64,000 nt of DNA from Verrucomicrobiia bacterium (GCA_963664225.1 OY760937.1:1216001-1280000), one strand, 5' to 3'. Positions 42,692 through 52,906 are shown, numbered from the stretch's first letter. Notes: generated by a model not told the origin, from the letters alone. A program made the numbers and translations.

Positions 42692-45025
42692 ATGAAGCGC
42701 TTTTTCATCATCATTTTGTCCGCCTTGTCGCTGAGCCTGGCGTTCCGTGCGCAGGCCCAAACCCGCTTGAAGCTTTCCAGCATCACTCCGGGCAGCGAAC
42801 AAACGCGCTTGGTTTACAATGGCGACTTCGAGTTCCAGACCCTGGGTGCCGGGGGACGCATCCTTCCCACTGGCTGGTCCTCTCAGGGGGATATGATCCT
42901 TGCGGTCGGCGTGAACACAAATGCCGTCAATCGGGGGTGGGTGGCCAGCGGGCGTGTGGATAATTCCGCCCCCGTTTCTCAGTGCCAGCGCATGATCGTT
43001 TTGGAACCGGCCACCCAATACGTGCTCAGCGCGTATATGTGGAATATGGGCGACGCTACAAACCATGTGGCGACAGTGGTTGATTTGAACGATGCCTTCG
43101 GTGAACCGCAAATGATTTTATCCGCAGCCGATTCTGAGGCGGACCACGGTTACTTCGTATATCGCTCGTTTAACACGGCCACCACGGGAACCAATGTCGT
43201 ATTGCGTTGCTTTTATGATGGGTTTTCCGGCACAGGCGCTGCCCCCGCGTATTTTCCCGTGGGCGCGCAGTGGGATAATATTTCCATCACCAGGGCTTCA
43301 GAATTTGCGCCACCCGCTGCGGCCAATAGCGGCGCCAACATTCTCCCTTCAGTCCGCATCACTGCTCCCACGGATGGAACAAACCTGTTCATCCAGAACT
43401 GGCCGGCAGTCGCGCAGATATCTGCGGAGGCCTCGGATTTGGATGGTTCGATAATCAAAGTGGAATTCTTCGCCGATGCCGTGAAAGTGGGGCAGGGGGC
43501 GTCGCTCCCTTGGACGGTGCCCTGGACCAATTCCGCCTCCGGCGATCATTCGCTCTGGGCCGTGGCCACGGACAACAAAGGTGCCACGACCCAATCGGCC
43601 CCCGTGAGCGTGGCGATTACCGTTCCACCGCCGCCGATTTCCCTGAGCATCGCGACCGCGGGCACCAACGTGGAGGTTTCCTGGCCGGTTGGAGCACCGG
43701 CCCTTTTTCTAAAATCCACAACAAATCTGGCGTTAACAAACGCCTGGAAACTGGTCACAAACGTTCCCTCCAGCAACAACACCGAACTCCAGGTCACCGT
43801 CCCGGGTTCCGACAACCAACGCTTTTTCCAACTGGCGCCGGACATTGACCCATCCACGCTGGATCGCAAGATGATGATGGGGTATCAGGGATGGTTTGCT
43901 TGCGCCAACGACGGCTCTCCTGTGAATCGCTGGGTGCACTGGTTCCGTCGGCAGTCAACGGTCGCCACCAACGCAACCGTGGACTTCTGGCCCGATATTT
44001 CCGAGTTGGACAGCGACGAGCTTTATCCCACCGAAATGACCCTGCCAGGCGGTGCGCCCGCGCAGCTCTACTCGGCCTTTAACCGTAAGACAGTGGTGCG
44101 CCATTTTAAATGGATGAAAGACTACCAGATAGACGGCGTGTTTCTGCAGCGCTTCACATCGGAGTTGGGGAGTCCCTCATTCTTCGCATTGCGCAACCGG
44201 GTCGCTGAAAATGTGCGTGCCGGGGCCGAGGAGAACGGGCGTGTGTTCGCCATCATGTACGATATTTCCGGCCAGTCCGCTTCCACGCTCTTGAGTGCCT
44301 TGACCAATGATTGGGCCTACCTGACCGGTACCTTGCGCCTGACCAACAGCCCCTGTTACGTGCGTCATAATGGAAAACCTGTCGTCGCCGTGTGGGGACT
44401 TGGTTTTACCGACCGACCTGGAACACCCCAGGATGCGCAGGCGGTGATCGCCTTTTTCAAGGCAGCAAATGTCACTTTGATGGGCGGCGTGCCGACCGGG
44501 TGGCGCACTTTGAACAGTGACTCCCAAACCGCTTCGGCGTGGGCATCCGTTTACCGTTCCTTTGATATCATCAGCCCATGGGCGGTTGGCCGCTACGGCA
44601 CCACCGCTGAGGCGGACAACTTCAAGCTCAACCAGATCGTTCCCGATCTGAACGAAACCCGGCTGCGTGGCATCGACTACATGCCGGTCGTTTTTCCCGG
44701 TTTTTCCTGGCACAACCTGAATGCGGGCACTCTCAACCAGATTCCCCGATACAGCGGGACATTCTATTGGCGGCAGGTTTACAACGCCCTGACCGCCGGT
44801 TGCAGCATGATCTACGTCGCCATGTTCGATGAAATGGATGAGGGCACCGCCATGTTGAAAATGGCCCCCACGCGCAACGAGCTTCCCGCTCAGGGTCAGT
44901 TTGTCCCGCTGAACGTCGATGGAAAACTGCTCCCCAGCGACTGGTATTTGCGTGTCGCAGGTGAAGCGTCGAAAATGCTGCGCCGTGAAATCCCGCTGAC
45001 CTCCCAAATCCAGATCAAGCCCTGA
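42692..45025 (+). CDS. Secreted glycoside hydrolase (GH71/GH99-like) with CBM-like and Ig-like domains
   Basis: Signal peptide; Ig-like ASDLDGSIIKVEFF..ATDNKG; catalytic domain MGYQGWF, DGVFLQRF, MYD and AMFDEMDEGT. Confidence 0.75.
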   Translation: MKRFFIIILSALSLSLAFRAQAQTRLKLSSITPGSEQTRLVYNGDFEFQTLGAGGRILPTGWSSQGDMILAVGVNTNAVNRGWVASGRVDNSAPVSQCQRMIVLEPATQYVLSAYMWNMGDATNHVATVVDLNDAFGEPQMILSAADSEADHGYFVYRSFNTATTGTNVVLRCFYDGFSGTGAAPAYFPVGAQWDNISITRASEFAPPAAANSGANILPSVRITAPTDGTNLFIQNWPAVAQISAEASDLDGSIIKVEFFADAVKVGQGASLPWTVPWTNSASGDHSLWAVATDNKGATTQSAPVSVAITVPPPPISLSIATAGTNVEVSWPVGAPALFLKSTTNLALTNAWKLVTNVPSSNNTELQVTVPGSDNQRFFQLAPDIDPSTLDRKMMMGYQGWFACANDGSPVNRWVHWFRRQSTVATNATVDFWPDISELDSDELYPTEMTLPGGAPAQLYSAFNRKTVVRHFKWMKDYQIDGVFLQRFTSELGSPSFFALRNRVAENVRAGAEENGRVFAIMYDISGQSASTLLSALTNDWAYLTGTLRLTNSPCYVRHNGKPVVAVWGLGFTDRPGTPQDAQAVIAFFKAANVTLMGGVPTGWRTLNSDSQTASAWASVYRSFDIISPWAVGRYGTTAEADNFKLNQIVPDLNETRLRGIDYMPVVFPGFSWHNLNAGTLNQIPRYSGTFYWRQVYNALTAGCSMIYVAMFDEMDEGTAMLKMAPTRNELPAQGQFVPLNVDGKLLPSDWYLRVAGEASKMLRREIPLTSQIQIKP

Positions 45026-45198
45026 ATTGGAGACTTGCGACCACTGCCGACTTTGCGATAAAGTGCCGTCGGATGAGATTTGAGGCGGGACTTGGCGGGG
45101 ACACATAAACCTCGTTTGGTTACTGGAGAGCAACACGCGTGCCAGGTTGTGAGACTCAAATCTAAATCTTCCGTAAGTCGTTGATTATTAGTAATATT

Positions 45199-45286
45199 GC
45201 CGGTGTGGCGAAATGGCAGACGCACAGGACTTAAAATCCTGGGACCGTAAAAAGTCGTGTCGGTTCGAGTCCGACCACCGGCACCA
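45199..45286 (+). tRNA. tRNA-Leu (anticodon TAA)
   Basis: GCCGGTG acceptor stem, CAGGA-CTTAAAA-TCCTG anticodon arm, long variable arm, GGTTCGAGTCC T-loop and encoded CCA. Confidence 0.96.
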
Positions 45287-45334
45287 CTTGTAAATCATTT
45301 TACATCAAGTCTTTGCGCGTGGGGGAGGCTCCAG

Positions 45335-45358
45335 CGGACACCAAAACGGACACCAAAA
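45335..45358. repeat. Perfect 12-bp tandem repeat, possible integrase arm-type site
   Basis: CGGACACCAAAA x2 between the tRNA and the integrase. Confidence 0.55.
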
Positions 45359-45457
45359 ATGGTAGTCCATTACTAGGGCGTCAGTGCTCGCATATGCGCT
45401 GCCACTACTCCCTAACGCTGGAGAATCGAAGTCAATTACGCTCGATTTCACGAACGT

Positions 45458-46564
45458 ATGAAGACCAGATTCCATTTAATTCGGCGCAATCATCGCGGGG
45501 GAACGTTTTATTGCACGGACACCCTCACCGGCCATCGCACCAGCCTTCAAACAAAGGACGAAGCCGAAGCCACGCAAATCGTGCAGGCCAAAAACCAGGC
45601 TTTGCGCCAGCCCATGCTGAATCTCCAGATTGCCAAAGCGTATTTGGCCGGCAGCGATTCAGGCGTCAACACGCGAACCTGGCAGCATGCTTTTGACGCC
45701 ATCATTAAACTCAAAGAGGGTGAAACCAAAGCGCGTTGGATGCGGGCGTCGTGCGAGGAACCCTTTGAATTGATCCGCAACCGGATTGTCATCGAAACGA
45801 AGGCCGAGCATTTTCTCGAGGTTTTGCAGGATGGAACTGTCAGCACCAATGTTCATCTGCGTAAACTGCACAACTTCTGTTTGGATATGAACTGGCTCCC
45901 TTGGCCCATTCTTCCCAGAAAGCAATGGCCACCCGTTCATTACCAGGAAAAGCGGGCCATCCTGGAAGGGGAACACCGGCAAATCATTCAAGCCGAGAAA
46001 AACGTTGAATTGAAAATGTTCTACGAATTGTGCTGGCACCTCGGCGGATCCCAGTCCGACATCGCCACACTCACCGCAGAATGTATCCAATGGGATGATC
46101 GGGTAATCGCTTATCGGCGCAAGAAAACGCACGTGGTATCCATTTTTCATTTTGGAGATGAGGTTGCCGATATCATTCAAGAACTCTCCACCGCAGGACC
46201 ATTATTCCCACGCCTGGCCCTGATGCACGAAAAACACCGCGCCAAAGAGTTTAAACGCCGCTGCAATGGCTTGGGAATCCACGGCGTGACGCTGCATAGC
46301 TACCGGTATGCGTGGGCGGAACGCGCCAAGAATTGCGGCTATCCAGAACGTTTTGCTCAAGAGGCGCTTGGCCATAACAGCAAGGCGGTTCACCGCGCTT
46401 ATGCGCGGAAAGCGCAGGTCCAGTTGCCAGCCCTCGAAGATTACGAAAAAGCCTATGCGAACAAGAACATTATTCCCTTCGACCTGCAGAAGGGAAAGCT
46501 AAACACGAAGACAACCCTGCTGGGCGGAGAAAACGAAAAAACGACAATGGCGGACAATCATTAA
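45458..46564 (+). CDS. Tyrosine recombinase/integrase
   Basis: LHSYR (HxxR), LGH, catalytic Y in HRAY and K in RKKT; adjacent to the tRNA. Confidence 0.88.
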   Translation: MKTRFHLIRRNHRGGTFYCTDTLTGHRTSLQTKDEAEATQIVQAKNQALRQPMLNLQIAKAYLAGSDSGVNTRTWQHAFDAIIKLKEGETKARWMRASCEEPFELIRNRIVIETKAEHFLEVLQDGTVSTNVHLRKLHNFCLDMNWLPWPILPRKQWPPVHYQEKRAILEGEHRQIIQAEKNVELKMFYELCWHLGGSQSDIATLTAECIQWDDRVIAYRRKKTHVVSIFHFGDEVADIIQELSTAGPLFPRLALMHEKHRAKEFKRRCNGLGIHGVTLHSYRYAWAERAKNCGYPERFAQEALGHNSKAVHRAYARKAQVQLPALEDYEKAYANKNIIPFDLQKGKLNTKTTLLGGENEKTTMADNH

Positions 46565-46793
46565 GGATTTGCTCACAATCCACCTGCCACCCATCGACTA
46601 CTCGCTAACCGATTTATTGGCGCTTCTGTTTCTCGGGCCTTTGGCAGGCTCGCTCGGCCTGGGGTCTCAATGACCGATGAAACAACGTTTCGGATTGGTT
46701 GACTAGCCGGTTTGAGTTGCGATAGAACGACTTTACCCACGAAGCAGGCACCGGTTCCATCGAAGAACGGGCCCAATGACAGGGAGGAGGTTC

Positions 46794-49700
46794 ATGCCGG
46801 CAGCAGGCAGGGTCATTAAAAACGATCTGCAACTTGATTTGTTCACTTTTGACCGAAGGAGACCAGCCTATGATCAAGCCACTGACGCAACTCGGCTTAA
46901 TGGCCGAGAAACACTGGAGACAATATCTGCCGAAAATGGTCGCGGAACTGGAAGCCAAGGGCCAACTCCAGGCCATGCTGCTGGAGGCGGAGGAAAAGAC
47001 CGAGGCGGACCTGGACCGGATTCGACGGCAGTTGATTCAGTGGGGCCAGTCGCCCCTGCAAGCGCACGTCCAGGCCTGGGAAATGGTCCGCCAACACTAC
47101 ATCTTACTGCCGCCCGAGTCATAGCAAACGGCCACGATTCTGTCGGTCACCAGGAGGGCCACAACGCGGGCAGTGACGAAACCACCACGTCCATGCCGGT
47201 TTCACCGTCCGCCGACGAGGAGCAGCAAGGTGGAGCGGCTCTTTCGTTCCAGAAACCCCCTGTATTTGAACCCGAACCGCTCCGCAACCAGACCAACTAT
47301 CGGATCACCGTCGGAGATCGCCTGGGAAGCGGGTCGCTGAAACAAAAGTGCCACGACAACCTCGCGGCCATTGAGTTGCTCAAGCGCTTGGAGGCCGAAG
47401 CCCGACCGCCTACCATTGAGGAAAAGAGAGGGATGGTGCGTTACGTAGGTTGGGGTGGATTACCCCAGGTCTTTGACGTCTGGAATGACGAGTGGAAGGA
47501 ACAACACGAACGGTTGGAGCGGTTGCTTGAGCCCGATGAATTGGAATCCGCCCGCGCTTCCACCCTGAACGCCCATTACACGGCCCCACAAGTCATCCGG
47601 GCCATGTATGCCGCGTTGCAGCGGTTCGGCTTCACTCAGGGCCGCATTCTCGAGCCTGCCTTGGGTCTTGGACATTTTATCGGCCTCATGCCCGACGAAA
47701 TGCATTCCCGCTCGCTGATCACCGGTATCGAAATAGATTCGCTCACCGCCCGGTTGGCCAAGGCGCTTTATCCCGACGCCGACATCCGGCATCAACCGTT
47801 CGAGGAAACCAAGCTGCCTGACGGATTCTACGATGTGGCCATTTCCAACATTCCTTTCGGGAACTACAAGCCCTTCGATCCCCGGTTCAAAGGCTGGAAT
47901 TTCCTCATCCATGATTATTTCTTCGCCGCCGCGCTCAACAAGATTCGCCCCGGCGGACTGATCCTGTTCATCACTTCGCACGGCACGCTCGACAAACAGG
48001 ACGCCGCGCTTCGGAATTACCTCTTCCACCAGGCGGACCTGCTGGGGGCCATCCGTCTGCCCAACGATGCCTTCAAACGCAATGCCAACACCGAAGTCAC
48101 CACCGACATCGTCATGTTGCGCAAGCGGCTTCCAGGTGAAACACCAAAAGGCCCGGAATGGATGCAGACCGTCGAGATCACCAACTCGGTGGGGGAAACC
48201 ATTTCGATCAACGAATACTTCGCCGCCCACCCGGAAATGCTGCTGGGCGAGATGCGTCTGGAGGGCCGGATGTATGGGCGGGGTGAAGCGACGCTCGTCG
48301 GTAACAAGCGTGACCTGGCAGAGCAATTGGCCGAGGCCATCGCGTTGCTGCCACGGGACATATTCCGTCGCGAGATCAAGACGGTTGAAAATCCGTCGCT
48401 GTCCCATACGTTCCCCGCCCCGGAGCACGTCAAGCCCAACGCCTATACCATCGTCAACGGTCAGATCGCCATTCGCGACGAAGACCGTCTCCGCCTATTG
48501 ACCGGACTGTCCTCCCAAGTGGCCGCGCGTATACGAGGGCTGATCCGCGTGCGGGACGCCATGCGGCGCTGCCTCCTGGCCCAAGTCAAGGAAGCCGACG
48601 AGTGCGAAGTGGCGTCGTCACGAGAGCAACTCAACCACGCCTACGACTATTTTGTGGCCCGGTTCGGACCGATTTCCGAACGCGCCAACACCAGCGCCTT
48701 CCGGGGGGATCCCGATCAGCCGCTGTTGTTGTCCCTGGAGAATTACAACGAGGAAACCCGGCGCGCGACCAAGGCCGCCATCTTTCGGGAAAGAACTATC
48801 CAGAAGAAACGTCCGCTGGCCGTCGTCAATTCCCCGGAAGAAGCCTTGCTTGTCACCTTGAACGAGCGGGGCTGCGTGGACCTGGACTACCTGGTAGGCC
48901 TGCTCCATCGCCGCCCGACGGAGTTCCTGCCGGACCTGCGCGGCACGATATTCCTCAATCCCCAGACCAATCGCTGGGAAACCGAGGATGCCTACCTGTC
49001 GGGCAATGTTCGGGCGAAATTGGAGACCGCCGAGGCGGCCCTGCTGTTGGATGAACAATTCAAAATCAACGTCGAGGCGCTCAAAGCCGTCCAACCGACT
49101 GACCTATCGGCGGTGGAAATTGACGCCCGCATGGGCAGTACATGGATTCCGCCAGAGGACATCGAGCGATTCGCCGAAGAACTGCTGGGCGAAACGAGCA
49201 TCCATGTCAGCCATGCCCCGCAGCTTGGGCTGTGGGTTGTCCGTGGTGGTTGGAGCGCGAAAATCTCCATCGCCAACACGACAGAATGGGGCACGGAGCA
49301 GCGTAGCGCCCTCGACCTTATCGAGGATGCCCTGAACCTGCGCACACCCACCGTTTATGAACACGATCCACACACTGACCGCGACGTGGTGGATGTTGCG
49401 GCCACCGAGGCCGCCCGCGACAAACAGGAGAAGATCAAAGAGCGGTTCAAGGAATGGATTTGGCAGGATGATGCCCGGCGGGAGCGTTTGGCACGGAAAT
49501 ACAACGACGAGTTCAACCACACGCGGCTCCGGTCGTTCAACGGCAATCATCTCACCCTGCCTGGGGCCAGTCCCGCGATTGACCTCCGTTCGCACCAGAA
49601 AGCCGCCGTGTGGCGCATCCTGCAAACGCCCAACTGCCTGCTGGCCCATGTGGTCGGGGCGGGCAAAACTTATGTGATGGTGGCCGCCGCCATGGAGCTG

Positions 49701-52070
49701 AAGCGGCTGGGGCTGGCGCAAAAGCCAATGATTACCGTGCCCAACCACATGCTCGGCCAGTTCACGGCCGAATTGCTGGGGCTGTATCCCGGCGCCAATA
49801 TCCTCGTGGCCACCAAGGACGATTTTGAGAAAGAGAAGCGCAAGACATTGATGAGCCGGATTGCCACGGGGAATTGGGACGCGGTCATCGTCACCCATTC
49901 CGGGTTCGAGAAAATCCCTGTCGCGCGGGAAACCCAGGAGGAATTCTTTCAGGAACACTTGCGGGAATTGGCCCTGGCCATCGAACAGCAGCGAAAGGAG
50001 GGCGACTGTCGTATCATCAAGGCCCTCGAACGCGCCAAGAAACAACTGGAGTCCAAGCTGAAGGAATTGGCGGCGAATGAGAAAAAAGACGACGGCCTCA
50101 CGTTCGAGGAATTGGGCGTGGACCGGTTGTTCGTGGACGAGGCCCATTGTTTCAAGAACCTGTTCTATGTCTCGAAGATGACGCGCATCGCCGGGCTGCC
50201 CCAGACGGCGTCGCAGCGCGCCTTTGATATGTTTCTGAAGGCGCAGCATGTGCAGCGAATGAATGGAGGCGGAGGCGTGGTGTTTGCAACAGGAACGCCG
50301 GTGACCAACAGCGTGGCCGAGATGTTCACCATGCAGCGGTTCCTCCAGATGATGACACTGAAGGATCAGAACGTGGCCCATTTCGATTCCTGGGCGGCGA
50401 CCTTCGGCGAGCCGGTGACGGCGATGGAGTTGGCCCCGGACGGTTCCGGTTATCGGTTACACACTCGTTTTGCCCGGTTCATCAACGTGCCGGAATTAAT
50501 GCAGATGTTCCGTCAAGTGGCCGACATTCAAACGCAGGAGATGCTCAAGTTGCCAGTCCCCGAATTGAGGCAGGGAAAACCGGCCGTCATCAGTTCTCCG
50601 TGCTCACCGGAATTGAAAGAGATCGTTCAGTCGCTGGTCGAGCGGGCTGAGGCATTGCGCACCGGCTCAGTTGATCCACGTGATGACAACATGCTTCTGG
50701 TGACCACCGATGGTCGCAAGGCAGCTCTGGACTTGCGATTGCACGACCCATCGCTGCCCGACCATGACAACAGCAAGGTCAACCGGGCGGTGGAGATGAT
50801 TGAACGCATCTGGCGGGAGACAGCGGAAGGCCGTTCCGCGCAATTGGTGTTCTGCGACATGTCCATTCCGACCGGCGGCAAGGGATTTTCAGTCTATGAA
50901 GACATACGGAACAAATTGATTGCGCGGGGTGTGCCGGATAAGGAAATCGCCTTTATCCAGGACCACGATAGCGATGCCGCCAAGCTGATGCTGTTCCGGG
51001 ATGTGCGGGCAGGCAAGGTGCGGATTCTTATCGGTAGCACACAGAAAATGGGCACTGGTGCGAATGTTCAGGAACGCTTGATAGCCTTGCATCACCTCGA
51101 CGCGCCGTGGCGGCCAGCCGATGTCGAGCAACGGGAAGGCCGGATTCTCCGGCAAGGCAACTCGAATCCTGAAATCCAGATCTACCGATACGTTACCGAA
51201 GCCTCGTTCGACGCCTACATGTGGCAAACGCTCGAGACCAAGGCCAAGTTCATTGGCCAGGTGATGACCGGCGAGAGCGATTTGCGTCGCATCGAGGACA
51301 TCGACGGCACCGCCCTGACCTATGCCGAAGTCAAGGCCATCGCGTCGGGCAATCCGCTCGTGATTGAGAAGGCCCGGATTGATGCCGAGGTGGCGCGCCT
51401 CAGCCGATTGCATTGCGAGCACCAGGAAACTCAATTCCGGCTCCGGTCGCGGGTCCGACACCTGACCGATGAGCTTCCGCGTTTGGAAAAACGGTTGGAG
51501 GATGTGGGCCGGGATATTGGGACACGTCAGGACACAAGCGGCGACAAGTTCGTCCTGATGCTGGAAGATCAGGAGATACGGGATCGCGGTATTGGTGGTG
51601 AACTCCTGCTCCGTCGGGCAGAACGGATACGTGGGAGTCGCTCCGAGCGCCTGGTGGGCAGCTTGGCTGGCTTCCAGTTATTCGTTGCCGACAACTTCAT
51701 GCAAGGCCCCGAATTGGTGATCAAAGGGACCACGACCTACACCGCCAAAGTCACTGACACAGCGCTGGGCACCATCCGCTCGCTGGAGCATACGATTCAA
51801 CACCTCGAAGAGGTATCAGCGAACCTGACCCACAACATCCAAGACAACCGGAAACGACTGACGGATCTTCACGTTCAAGCCAACACGCCCTTCGAATACG
51901 CCGAACGCCTGGTATCGCTCCGACGGCGCCAACAAGAGATTGCGGACGAACTGGATTTGACCAAGAACCAAACGCCTGCCCAACTGGAGACAACGGAAGG
52001 CGATCTTGAAAACGCCATTCCTAGCTGTTGCCCACCTGCTCGGTCATTGCTAGAGCAACGGAAGGACTGA
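46794..52070 (+). CDS. N6-adenine DNA methylase / SNF2 helicase fusion (DarB-like)
   Basis: RYVGWGG, EPALGLGHF, NIPF, AHVVGAGKT, DEAH, ATGTP and QREGR; strong RBS GGAGGAGG before ATG 46794. Confidence 0.9.
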   Translation: MPAAGRVIKNDLQLDLFTFDRRRPAYDQATDATRLNGRETLETISAENGRGTGSQGPTPGHAAGGGGKDRGGPGPDSTAVDSVGPVAPASARPGLGNGPPTLHLTAARVIANGHDSVGHQEGHNAGSDETTTSMPVSPSADEEQQGGAALSFQKPPVFEPEPLRNQTNYRITVGDRLGSGSLKQKCHDNLAAIELLKRLEAEARPPTIEEKRGMVRYVGWGGLPQVFDVWNDEWKEQHERLERLLEPDELESARASTLNAHYTAPQVIRAMYAALQRFGFTQGRILEPALGLGHFIGLMPDEMHSRSLITGIEIDSLTARLAKALYPDADIRHQPFEETKLPDGFYDVAISNIPFGNYKPFDPRFKGWNFLIHDYFFAAALNKIRPGGLILFITSHGTLDKQDAALRNYLFHQADLLGAIRLPNDAFKRNANTEVTTDIVMLRKRLPGETPKGPEWMQTVEITNSVGETISINEYFAAHPEMLLGEMRLEGRMYGRGEATLVGNKRDLAEQLAEAIALLPRDIFRREIKTVENPSLSHTFPAPEHVKPNAYTIVNGQIAIRDEDRLRLLTGLSSQVAARIRGLIRVRDAMRRCLLAQVKEADECEVASSREQLNHAYDYFVARFGPISERANTSAFRGDPDQPLLLSLENYNEETRRATKAAIFRERTIQKKRPLAVVNSPEEALLVTLNERGCVDLDYLVGLLHRRPTEFLPDLRGTIFLNPQTNRWETEDAYLSGNVRAKLETAEAALLLDEQFKINVEALKAVQPTDLSAVEIDARMGSTWIPPEDIERFAEELLGETSIHVSHAPQLGLWVVRGGWSAKISIANTTEWGTEQRSALDLIEDALNLRTPTVYEHDPHTDRDVVDVAATEAARDKQEKIKERFKEWIWQDDARRERLARKYNDEFNHTRLRSFNGNHLTLPGASPAIDLRSHQKAAVWRILQTPNCLLAHVVGAGKTYVMVAAAMELKRLGLAQKPMITVPNHMLGQFTAELLGLYPGANILVATKDDFEKEKRKTLMSRIATGNWDAVIVTHSGFEKIPVARETQEEFFQEHLRELALAIEQQRKEGDCRIIKALERAKKQLESKLKELAANEKKDDGLTFEELGVDRLFVDEAHCFKNLFYVSKMTRIAGLPQTASQRAFDMFLKAQHVQRMNGGGGVVFATGTPVTNSVAEMFTMQRFLQMMTLKDQNVAHFDSWAATFGEPVTAMELAPDGSGYRLHTRFARFINVPELMQMFRQVADIQTQEMLKLPVPELRQGKPAVISSPCSPELKEIVQSLVERAEALRTGSVDPRDDNMLLVTTDGRKAALDLRLHDPSLPDHDNSKVNRAVEMIERIWRETAEGRSAQLVFCDMSIPTGGKGFSVYEDIRNKLIARGVPDKEIAFIQDHDSDAAKLMLFRDVRAGKVRILIGSTQKMGTGANVQERLIALHHLDAPWRPADVEQREGRILRQGNSNPEIQIYRYVTEASFDAYMWQTLETKAKFIGQVMTGESDLRRIEDIDGTALTYAEVKAIASGNPLVIEKARIDAEVARLSRLHCEHQETQFRLRSRVRHLTDELPRLEKRLEDVGRDIGTRQDTSGDKFVLMLEDQEIRDRGIGGELLLRRAERIRGSRSERLVGSLAGFQLFVADNFMQGPELVIKGTTTYTAKVTDTALGTIRSLEHTIQHLEEVSANLTHNIQDNRKRLTDLHVQANTPFEYAERLVSLRRRQQEIADELDLTKNQTPAQLETTEGDLENAIPSCCPPARSLLEQRKD
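46870..47124 (+). CDS. Small helical protein, TnpV-like, nested in the +1 frame of the helicase gene
   Basis: Own RBS GAAGGAG; 'LGLMAEKHWRQYLPKMVAELEAKGQL...AWEMVRQHYI' resembles TnpV-type proteins. Confidence 0.6.
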   Translation: MIKPLTQLGLMAEKHWRQYLPKMVAELEAKGQLQAMLLEAEEKTEADLDRIRRQLIQWGQSPLQAHVQAWEMVRQHYILLPPES

Positions 52071-52293
52071 TCGGCAGTGAAATCGAGTCCTGTTTTGTCG
52101 AAGCCCGTTACGCTGGTTTCGGTCAGGATCAGGAACCCACCGACCTCACCATTGCCCAAGTCCTGACCGATTTTGTCCCGCTGTCCAAAATGATGGCGGA
52201 GCAGATTGGGGGGTGAGGAACTGGGCGAAAGGGAGGGCCAGGTATGCGACTTCATCGGTTTCAGAATCGAAGCTGAGGAGGTTGGTGGTGTAG
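52040..52293 (+). pseudogene. C-terminal remnant of a Ycf46-like AAA+ ATPase, frameshifted
   Basis: ARATEGLIGSEIE...VPLSKMMAEQIGG, then a frameshift near 52213 continuing RNWAKGRARYAT to TAG 52293; no Walker motifs upstream. Confidence 0.65.
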
Positions 52294-52397
52294 TTCGAAA
52301 GGGGAATGTGGCATCGGGCTGGATTCCTCTTTTTTTAGCTGTCTGCCTGTCCTGCGCAGAAAGTTCCACAAACTAATCGGTCAGGGAAACAGCGACT

Positions 52398-52895
52398 TCA
52401 GGTTTGCGGCGTTAAAGCTGAGGAAATGAATTGGTTGAACGCATCCACATCGCTCGCTGGGAGTTCAGCCAAGGAACCGGACAACTTCCCATCAGAGGGG
52501 TGCTGTAAAAAGTATCCACCAATCCCGGAAGCAGTGATATAAGCGGCATGCTGTGGGGTAATCGGCGTTGTTCGTTTGGTGTTTGGCCAATCTCCATGAT
52601 CGAGGAATGAACTGGATATTGCAATCGACCCGCTGACAAGCATTGATCCGAATGGGTGTTCATCGACCTCCGAACCATCAATGCGACGAAAATTATAGAG
52701 AATGACGGGGCTGTTCCCTGCACTTCCTGAGATGATGCGGGTGGCTGAATCAAACTTGGCTGCCAGACTTCCTGGGATAAACGAAGGGAAGTCGGCTGGG
52801 CCGACAACAAGGAACCCATCACCATCCACCAAGACGCTACCAAGCTCGACTGATTCAGTTGGGTCTAATCGGAATGGATGCACGAAGTTTGGCAT
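52398..52895 (-). CDS. Hypothetical protein, last gene of the Argonaute operon
   Basis: Open frame starting at ATG 52895 (or TTG 52910 overlapping the nuclease stop); no recognised motif. Confidence 0.55.
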   Translation of the reverse strand: MPNFVHPFRLDPTESVELGSVLVDGDGFLVVGPADFPSFIPGSLAAKFDSATRIISGSAGNSPVILYNFRRIDGSEVDEHPFGSMLVSGSIAISSSFLDHGDWPNTKRTTPITPQHAAYITASGIGGYFLQHPSDGKLSGSLAELPASDVDAFNQFISSALTPQT

Positions 52896-52906
52896 GGCAA
52901 GGAATA

